Shown one piece after another: positions 38,785 through 45,776 of a stretch of 46,191 nt of DNA. The notes below the pieces were generated by a model. That model was given only the letters and a program-made list of their open reading frames with translations, ran no database searches and was not told the origin of the DNA. The stretch is from a virus, in the IMG/VR virus record IMGVR_UViG_3300029905_000012; one strand, written 5' to 3'. Positions within the stretch are counted from its first letter, which is position 1. Every line of letters starts with the position of its first letter. The translations under genes and the position numbers were made by a program.

Positions 38785-41766
38785 ATGCCGACTGTAAAAC
38801 TCGGTACAAAATCCGTCGGGAGCATCATAAAACTGAATGAGCTCGGGAGGCCTGCAAACTATATCATCATTCAGCAGGGGCTCCCGTCCTCCGGAAACTA
38901 TGATGCGAGCTGCAACGGCACCTGGGTGCGCCGTCAGAGCGCCGTGGCAGAAAAAGAATGGGATAGTTCCAATAACGATTACGCAAATTCCGACATACAC
39001 TCGTGGCTGAATAACACCTATAGTGGATTTCTGGCCATGTTGGATGACGACATCCACTCCCAGGGCGTCCTGAATGTAAAAATCCCTTACAGACCCGGCA
39101 GCGGTATGAGCAGTACTGTCAACAGTGGCTCGCGCGGCTTGAGCTGCCGTGCGTTCCTGCTGTCCATGTTGGAGGTTGGACTTACTCCGGGATACAGCCC
39201 GAGAGAAGGCGCCACTCTCTCCTATTTTTCGAGCGGGGGTGCATCCAGGCGAATCGTCAACTACAATGGTTCCCCCGCCCGTGCCTGGTCCCGGTCGCCG
39301 GACCTCGGCGCCGACGACGGCAGCGTCGTCTGTGCGGTGGAGGCGGACGGCGGTGCGGACTACTGGGGCTGCTACGATTCTTATGCGGTCGCGCCCGCTT
39401 TGATCCTGAACTCTGATCTCTGGGTCTCTGACGACGGCACACTCTCGATCAACCAGCCCCCCAGCGCCCCGTCGAGCATCGCAGCCAGCAACGTGATCGG
39501 CAACCAGAACGCCACCGTGACCCTCGGCGCAGCGACCGATGAGGATGGGACCATCGCCAACTACATCTACGAGCGGCAGGTGGACGGCGGCAGGTGGACG
39601 CAGTTTGCGAGCACCAGCAGCCTGAGCGTTACCGACAGCATCAACGACAGCTGGACGACCGTGACCTACCGCGCCAAGGCGGTGGACAACCTGGGCGCAG
39701 AGGGCCCGTATGCGACCAGTCAGGCATACACCGTCGTGCACAACCAGCCGCCGACGGCCCCGGGGTCCATTAACGCGACCAACGTTGTGGGCGGCCAGGA
39801 TGCGACGATCACCATCACGGCGGCCACCGACCCCGACGGCACGGTGGAGAGCTATGTGTATGAGCGCAGCGTGGACGATTCGTCGCACTGGGACATTATC
39901 GCCACCACCAGCGCTCTGAGCACCACCGATACCATCAGCAGCGAGTGGGGCACGGTGGCCTACCGGGCGAAGGCTGTCGACGACGACGGCGCGTCCGGCC
40001 CCTATGTGACCAGCGAGCAGTACGACGTCAACGTCGGATGGGTGCTGATTGGCGGCCCCAGCACCGCAATGGGTCAGCAGATCAAGCCTTTCACCCTGAG
40101 CGCCAACATCGGCGTTTCTGGCCAGACCGGCGTCACCGGCATCGCCGTGACCGGCTACCTGGACGGGAAAAAAGTCCTGGATACGACCATCAACCAGAAT
40201 GACAACGCCGAAATCTACGTCGACACCCGCATCCTTGCCAGCGGTCAGCACACCATCCAGATGACGGCCGAAAAGACCGACCTGCTGCCCGCCAACAAGG
40301 CGTGGCAGTTCGCCATCCCGTTCAATGCCCTGCCGGACGGCGGCAAGGCCGAACAGCTGAGGGACGAACAGGGGAACCCCATCTTCCCGCGCACCACCTC
40401 GCAGCAGGTCATCGGCAAGAACGGCCTGCCGGTCCAGAACGACCTTGACAACATCGAGAAGCGGTTCAGTGGTCTGACCGGGCATCTGGAGCCCGTCGAT
40501 GCGGTGTTCCTCGGCACGGCAGGCGCACAGACCGAGCTCCCGCGCGAGAGCGGCGTCCATTACTGCTTCGGCGTGTACAGCACAGCAGGAAGTACAAACT
40601 TTACGATGGCACTTATCTCGGCTGGAAGTAGTGCTTCCAAAACACTTGACGGCAATGTGACGATTGGAGCAAGCACCGATAAGTTTATTGTCTCGCTCAA
40701 CGGTAGCAATGCAGCTATTGTGCAGTATTTCAAGTTCGTGGTGGACTCTGAGGCAGAGATCGTGACCAACCCTGTCGCCCTGTTCACCGCGCTGGAGCAG
40801 CCGCACGTCTTCTCGGCCAGCGGCGGCAGCACGTCCAGCGTGACCAGCCAGACCGAGGCGCTGCAGACCATCATCGCGGACAACGCAAACCACAACTACT
40901 ACGTGCTGACGGGCACCGACGGTACCAAGTACTACATCGCAGCGCAGGACGTCATCCAGCCGAGCACCGGCAGCTTTACCGGGCCCGTGTACCAGGACGA
41001 CCAGGGCACCACGCTGTATGCGGGACGGACGTTGACGATGGTGGACACCTCCAACGTGGCCGCGCTGTTCCAGCCGCTGGCCGCGACCGTCTACGACGTG
41101 ACCACGCAGGGCACGAGCGTAAGCGCGGGCTCGAACATCAACGAGACGCTGCTGGCCATGATCGAGGCGCAGCCGACCTGGCACCGGTACGCCATTCCCG
41201 GTTCGGGCGGCGAGACCTACTACGTCCTGAGCGAGGCCGTTATCTCACCGGACGCCATGAACGCGCCCGACGTTTACTACTGCACCGACGGCAGCACCTA
41301 CTACACCGGCGGGACGCTGCTGTTGCTTGCCATCGGCAACGTCGGCGACATCATGACCTTTGCGGGCCAGCAGTGGATTATCTCCCACAAGACCGCATCG
41401 GAAGCCTACCTGACGCTGAATGGTCTGTCTGGCAACTCGACTTGGTATGACTTGGACAGCACCTGTCAGACTTGGGAAAACAATCATCTGAATGAAACGC
41501 AGAAAGCCATCCTGAAAACCATTACCGCAGACAGTACATCCGGTTTCGTATTCGTTGCCACCAAAGATCAAATGGACGGTGGTTTTAGCTACTTTAACAG
41601 TAATAGTAGGAGAAGCGTAGGTGACTATTACTGGATTTCTAGCGAGTATTCCTCGGACAGCGCGTGGAGCGTGCGCTACGATGGGTACCTCAACGGCTAC
41701 TACGACGACAAGTCGAGCTCGATCGGGTTCCGCCCGTCCATCTGCATCGACCTGACCAAGCTGTAA
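38785..41766 (+). CDS. DGR target protein: N-terminal lectin-fold (DUF6273-like) domain carrying VR, two FN3/Ig-like repeats, long beta-rich region, C-terminal non-variable paralogous domain
   Basis: ATG 38785 follows AAAGGAAGG (the track start GTG 38779 is also possible). The VR encodes ..ARAWSRSPDLGADDGSVVCAVEADGGADYWGCYDSYAVAPAL.. The C-terminus ..YYWISSEYSSDSAWSVRYDGYLNGYYDDKSSSIGFRPSICIDL shows the same fold signature. Confidence 0.85.
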   Translation: MPTVKLGTKSVGSIIKLNELGRPANYIIIQQGLPSSGNYDASCNGTWVRRQSAVAEKEWDSSNNDYANSDIHSWLNNTYSGFLAMLDDDIHSQGVLNVKIPYRPGSGMSSTVNSGSRGLSCRAFLLSMLEVGLTPGYSPREGATLSYFSSGGASRRIVNYNGSPARAWSRSPDLGADDGSVVCAVEADGGADYWGCYDSYAVAPALILNSDLWVSDDGTLSINQPPSAPSSIAASNVIGNQNATVTLGAATDEDGTIANYIYERQVDGGRWTQFASTSSLSVTDSINDSWTTVTYRAKAVDNLGAEGPYATSQAYTVVHNQPPTAPGSINATNVVGGQDATITITAATDPDGTVESYVYERSVDDSSHWDIIATTSALSTTDTISSEWGTVAYRAKAVDDDGASGPYVTSEQYDVNVGWVLIGGPSTAMGQQIKPFTLSANIGVSGQTGVTGIAVTGYLDGKKVLDTTINQNDNAEIYVDTRILASGQHTIQMTAEKTDLLPANKAWQFAIPFNALPDGGKAEQLRDEQGNPIFPRTTSQQVIGKNGLPVQNDLDNIEKRFSGLTGHLEPVDAVFLGTAGAQTELPRESGVHYCFGVYSTAGSTNFTMALISAGSSASKTLDGNVTIGASTDKFIVSLNGSNAAIVQYFKFVVDSEAEIVTNPVALFTALEQPHVFSASGGSTSSVTSQTEALQTIIADNANHNYYVLTGTDGTKYYIAAQDVIQPSTGSFTGPVYQDDQGTTLYAGRTLTMVDTSNVAALFQPLAATVYDVTTQGTSVSAGSNINETLLAMIEAQPTWHRYAIPGSGGETYYVLSEAVISPDAMNAPDVYYCTDGSTYYTGGTLLLLAIGNVGDIMTFAGQQWIISHKTASEAYLTLNGLSGNSTWYDLDSTCQTWENNHLNETQKAILKTITADSTSGFVFVATKDQMDGGFSYFNSNSRRSVGDYYWISSEYSSDSAWSVRYDGYLNGYYDDKSSSIGFRPSICIDLTKL
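39273..39399 (+). repeat. DGR variable repeat (VR)
   Basis: 127 nt. By manual alignment there are 19 substitutions relative to TR, all at TR adenine positions, and one AAC codon fewer. Confidence 0.9.
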
Positions 41767-41778
41767 GGGGGTGAGCGT

Positions 41779-42411
41779 ATGTACATTTTGAGAGACACAC
41801 CGAGCGCAGAGGGCCAGTATGAGGCCATCCAACAGACCACGCAGCAGATGCCGCCTCCTGGGTACGTCTGGTGGCCTGATTCTCTGGAACGGAACACCTT
41901 CGCTCAGTATGATGGCTTCATTGTACCGGTGATTGCGCGCAAGACTGTCAAGAGCTATACGCCGAACGTGGAGGGCTTTCAGGCCCACCAGAAAGACCTT
42001 CTGACCCTGTGCAAGGCTGAGCGTATCGCAGACAGCAAGACGGAGTTAGCGGCCTATCTGCTGGCGCATCCGATGCAGTGGACAGACGGAAAGTATTATT
42101 CCATCACGGCGGAAAAACAGCAGCAGCTTACCTCGAAAATCATGAGCGCGACTATGGCCCAGACCATGAGCGTTCCGTATAATCTGACATGGAACAGCAC
42201 CGGTGACGAATGCACGACCTGGACGCTGCCCGATCTGTCCTCCCTGGCGTTTGCGATTGACGCCCGCGTTACGTCTCTGGTCAGCTACCAGCAGGAAAAA
42301 GAGGTCGAAATGCAGAATGCCGCAACGATGGATGATCTGGAAGCGATCACCGTCGATTACGATTCCGTGCCCCTCCCTGCTGCATCCACGAACGGCGGTG
42401 AGCAGGCGTGA
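41779..42411 (+). CDS. DUF4376-like protein (fibre-associated)
   Basis: 210 aa. ..AERIADSKTELAAYLLAHPMQWTDGKYYSIT.EKQQQL..., ..W......C..W.. and L..LA.AI fit the DUF4376 pattern seen after fibre genes. Confidence 0.55.
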   Translation: MYILRDTPSAEGQYEAIQQTTQQMPPPGYVWWPDSLERNTFAQYDGFIVPVIARKTVKSYTPNVEGFQAHQKDLLTLCKAERIADSKTELAAYLLAHPMQWTDGKYYSITAEKQQQLTSKIMSATMAQTMSVPYNLTWNSTGDECTTWTLPDLSSLAFAIDARVTSLVSYQQEKEVEMQNAATMDDLEAITVDYDSVPLPAASTNGGEQA

Positions 42412-42842
42412 AAACCGCTTTGAAGTGCGCAGCCCTCGCAGCCAGCGGGGGCTGTCTCTATGTTGTGCTTGAGCTGATCGTAAGAGGCCGGAGCCACTGG
42501 ACGATGTTCGTATTGGGCGGGCTCAGTTTCTTCCTGATCGGGCTTATCAATGAGCTGTTCCCCTGGGGGATGCCGCTGGCCCTGCAAGGTCTGGTCGGCT
42601 CTGTCTGCATTGTTACACCGCTGGAGTTCGTAACGGGATGTATCGTCAATCTGTGGCTGGGCTGGGATGTCTGGGATTATTCCAACCTTCCGTTTAACGT
42701 CATGGGGCAAATCTGCCTGCCGTTTTCGCTGCTCTGGGTGCTGGTGGCCATGGCCGCCGCCGTCCTGGATGACTGGCTGCGGTACTGGCTGTTCCAAGAG
42801 CCTCGGCCCCATTACACCCTCTGGCACTGGGGGGAGGTGTAA
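42408..42842 (+). CDS. Polytopic membrane protein (CmpB/DUF1113-like)
   Basis: 144 aa with 4 hydrophobic segments. WDYS..PFN..G.ICL.FSL.W is typical of this family. Confidence 0.6.
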   Translation: MKTALKCAALAASGGCLYVVLELIVRGRSHWTMFVLGGLSFFLIGLINELFPWGMPLALQGLVGSVCIVTPLEFVTGCIVNLWLGWDVWDYSNLPFNVMGQICLPFSLLWVLVAMAAAVLDDWLRYWLFQEPRPHYTLWHWGEV

Positions 42843-42845
42843 CCA

Positions 42846-43313
42846 ATGGACTTTAAAGCATCCGACCTTTTGCCCATGCTGCCGCCGGTCCTGGTGGCCC
42901 TGCTGAGCCTGGTGGAGGTGTCACCCATCAAGATCAACCCCTGGTCCGGCCTTGCCAAATGGCTGGGGCGGGCCATCAATGGCGAGGTGCTGGAATCCGT
43001 TGCAGAAGCCAAAAAGGCCCAGAAAGAGACCCGCAGGGCCCTGGATGAGCACATCCGGGCGGACGATGAACGCAACGCGGATACGCTGCGGATGCGCATC
43101 CTGCATTTCAACAACGAACTGCTGCGGGGCGACCGGCACACGCGGGAAGATTTTATCGAAATCCTGGCCGTCATTGACGCCTACGAACAGTATTGCAAAA
43201 ATCACCCCGATTACCGCAACAACCGGGCCAGCCATGCCATTGCCAATATTGGCCGGGTGTATGACGACCGGCTGAAACTGCGGGACTTTTTGGGGGAAAG
43301 GGAGGATGGATAA
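42846..43313 (+). CDS. N-terminally membrane-anchored protein, lysis-associated (possible holin-like)
   Basis: 155 aa with one N-terminal TM segment (LLPMLPPVLVALLSLV). It lies directly upstream of the endolysin, with the stop and start abutting. Confidence 0.45.
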   Translation: MDFKASDLLPMLPPVLVALLSLVEVSPIKINPWSGLAKWLGRAINGEVLESVAEAKKAQKETRRALDEHIRADDERNADTLRMRILHFNNELLRGDRHTREDFIEILAVIDAYEQYCKNHPDYRNNRASHAIANIGRVYDDRLKLRDFLGEREDG

Positions 43314-43939
43314 TGCAGACCAGCGGAATCGACGTATCGAAGTATCAGGGCAAGATTGATTGGGCTGCGGTCAAGGCCAGCGGCAAGGCCGCTTTTGCCA
43401 TCATTCGGGCAGGCTATGGCCGGGCAATCAAGCAGATTGACCCGTTCTTTGCGGACAATTACAAGGGCTGCAAGGCCGTTGGAATGCCCGTTGGCGCTTA
43501 CTGGTACAGTTACGCCACCGACACGGAAAGCGCCCGGAACGAGGCGAAAACCTGCCTGGAAGCCATTCGGGACAAGCAGTTTGAATACCCTGTGTGGTTT
43601 GACCAGGAGTATGAGCCGCGCATCAAGGCCCTGACCGACCAGCAGCGCACCGATATCGTCAAGGCGTTCTGCGAGACGCTGGAAGCCGCCGGTTACTATA
43701 CCGGCCTGTATTGCAGCCGTGACTGGCTGACAAACTATCTGCTTTCCGGCCAGCTGAAAGCCTATGACGTATGGGTGGCCGCTTATGGGTCTGACCCCGG
43801 CAAAGTCCCCCTGCCTTATGGCATGTGGCAGTACAGCAGCAAAGGGCGCGTGCCGGGCATTTCCGGCAATGTAGACCTTGATATTGCTTACAAGGATTAC
43901 CCCGCCATTATCAAAGGCGCGCACCTGAACGGCTTTTGA
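43313..43939 (+). CDS. Endolysin, GH25 muramidase
   Basis: GIDVSKYQGKIDWAAVKASG..FAIIRAGYG.., GAYWYSYA and WQYSSKGRVPGISGNVDLD are GH25 signatures. Confidence 0.9.
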   Translation: MQTSGIDVSKYQGKIDWAAVKASGKAAFAIIRAGYGRAIKQIDPFFADNYKGCKAVGMPVGAYWYSYATDTESARNEAKTCLEAIRDKQFEYPVWFDQEYEPRIKALTDQQRTDIVKAFCETLEAAGYYTGLYCSRDWLTNYLLSGQLKAYDVWVAAYGSDPGKVPLPYGMWQYSSKGRVPGISGNVDLDIAYKDYPAIIKGAHLNGF

Positions 43940-43963
43940 AATCCAACACTTTGCTAAATGGTT

Positions 43964-44010
43964 GTTGCAAGTTTTGCAACTGTGGTTCGTAAAACTTGCA
44001 ACACTTTTTG
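43964..44010 (+). terminator. Hairpin (12-bp perfect stem) plus T-run after the endolysin
   Basis: gttgcaagtttt ...15 nt... aaaacttgcaac, followed by actttttg. Confidence 0.65.
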
Positions 44011-44051
44011 ATTTCTGTTTGATTTTCGTTTGATTTTTGAAAGGAGCCGCC

Positions 44052-45776
44052 ATGAATGTACATGAGCTGACCTTACAAAATTATGCCGCAGGCGGCGGGT
44101 GCCCCTCCGCCTGCCAGCCCACTCTGTACCTTGGTACAGCCGGGAGCTATGGCAATGAGCAGATCAATGTTGTGCTCGGAGAAGGCTGGCATGGACTGAC
44201 CGTCAAGGCCGTGTTCCAGCCGAGCGGCGTGCCTGTTGTCGTCCCGGACGGCGGCGGTGTGATCTCTGTACCGTGGGAGGCCACCCAAAGCGTGGTCGCC
44301 TACCCCAATGGCCGCATCTCTTTTCAGGGGTATGTCTCCGGCCGGCTGGTCAATACCTCTGACGTCCCCTATACCGTGGGCGGCAGCAGTGCCGGCTCTG
44401 ACAACACCCCCGCGCCTACCCCGGACGAGTTCCAGCAGTTTGTGGATGCCGTCAAGTCGGACGCAGACCGGGCCGCGCAGGCCGCAGCCGACGCTGAAGC
44501 CGCCGTGCAGAAGGTAACGGACGCTGGGACACAGGCGGTTACAGACATCGGCAACGCCAAGGACAGCGCGCTGGAAGCCATCGACAAGGCGCGTGAAGAG
44601 GCGGCAGGAAGCATTTCTGCCGACGTGGAGGGAGCCAAACAAGCCGCCGCGGACGCCGAGCAATCCGCCGCAGATGCCGAACAGTCAGCCAAGGATGCCG
44701 CCGGCGCTCTTGCAAACGTCCAGGCTGCCGGGAAGTCCGCTTTGGACGACATTGCCACAGAGCGGCAGAATACGCTGTCCGATATCCAGAACGAGGGGGC
44801 CAAGCAGCAGAGCGCCGTTGCTGGCGCGGGCACTGCCGCGCTGGAAGCCATTGGGCAGACAGAACAGGCCGCGATCAACCAGATCCAGCAGGCCGGTGCA
44901 ACCCAGGCATCGGCGGTGCAATCCGCCGGCGCGACCCAAATCGGCCAGGTCAACAGCGCCGGAGCCGCCCAGGTACAGGCTGTAAAAGATGAAGGCGCGA
45001 CCCAAACCGCCGCCCTGAATGATGCCGCGGAAGCCCACAAAAACGATCTTGAAAGCATCGCCTCTCATCCGCCTCAGCCCAACACCGCTACAGGCAAGTG
45101 GCAGGTATGGAACGCTGAGACCGGACAATACGAGGACACAGATGCCCTGTATCAGGGTGGCTATTACACCGCCTCTGTAGCGGAGGACGGTACCCTCACA
45201 TGGCAGGGCAGTCAAGCCGGTATGCCGGAGCTGCCAAGCGTTAACATCAAAGGCCCTAAAGGTGACAAGGGTGACCCTGGTCTTGGCGTCCCCACTCCTA
45301 CTACCTCTGATGCGGGGAAGGTGCCCACCGTCAAGGCCGACGCCTCTGCCTATGAGCTGGCCGGGCCGTATGCACCCCTTAGTGCGGCCATCCGACCCAC
45401 CGCCAGCGGCAACCCTGTCAGCATCACCGACAGCGTGGAGTGGCCGTTGCTGGGCCTCAAGGTCTACGGCAAGAGTACGCAGGACGGCACGCCGTCGCCT
45501 GAAAATCCTGTGCCGATTGTGAGCGCGGGTGATAGTGGTTCAGTCGATATTGTTATCCATGGGGATAACAAAATACCAAAATTAAATCCTACTAGTTTTT
45601 CAGCAAATGGTCTTAACGTAGAGCATGAAAATGGAATAGTGAAAATTCATGGAACTTGTAGTGCTTATACATGGATAAATATATATCCATATATAATGAA
45701 TGGTACGGCTGATACTTATACAGGTACACCAAATTTCAGGACAAGTTGGTGCTATATCTTGCGATTCACCATTTGA
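44052..45776 (+). CDS. Tail fibre protein 2, proximal/shaft part (frame ends at 45776; the reading continues in another frame)
   Basis: ATG 44052 follows AAAGGAG. It has an Ala/Gln-rich coiled-coil region, a short collagen-like GPKGDKGDPG and a GKSTQDGTPSPENPVPIV linker. The frame-3 tail (..PNFRTSWCYILRFTI*) looks non-native. Confidence 0.75.
   Translation: MNVHELTLQNYAAGGGCPSACQPTLYLGTAGSYGNEQINVVLGEGWHGLTVKAVFQPSGVPVVVPDGGGVISVPWEATQSVVAYPNGRISFQGYVSGRLVNTSDVPYTVGGSSAGSDNTPAPTPDEFQQFVDAVKSDADRAAQAAADAEAAVQKVTDAGTQAVTDIGNAKDSALEAIDKAREEAAGSISADVEGAKQAAADAEQSAADAEQSAKDAAGALANVQAAGKSALDDIATERQNTLSDIQNEGAKQQSAVAGAGTAALEAIGQTEQAAINQIQQAGATQASAVQSAGATQIGQVNSAGAAQVQAVKDEGATQTAALNDAAEAHKNDLESIASHPPQPNTATGKWQVWNAETGQYEDTDALYQGGYYTASVAEDGTLTWQGSQAGMPELPSVNIKGPKGDKGDPGLGVPTPTTSDAGKVPTVKADASAYELAGPYAPLSAAIRPTASGNPVSITDSVEWPLLGLKVYGKSTQDGTPSPENPVPIVSAGDSGSVDIVIHGDNKIPKLNPTSFSANGLNVEHENGIVKIHGTCSAYTWINIYPYIMNGTADTYTGTPNFRTSWCYILRFTI

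Noticed and set aside
37729-41184. Very long minus-strand ORF (1151 aa) antisense to the RT and DGR target genes. Similar minus-strand ORFs lie at 13294..15735, 28787..31009, 20500..22587, 22575..24263, 11670..13238 and 9169..10467.
   Set aside because: Their translations are low-complexity and rich in G, A, R, V, P and D, without recognisable motifs. They lack RBSs and lie exactly opposite + strand genes with clear family signatures. They are typical stop-poor antisense frames of GC-rich coding DNA.
41341-41763. Second VR at the C-terminal lectin-like domain of the DGR target.
   Set aside because: Only the protein-level fold signature is shared. I see no nucleotide tract matching the TR (for example gcctggtcccggtcgccg or tcttatgcggtcgcgcccgct) outside 39273..39399.
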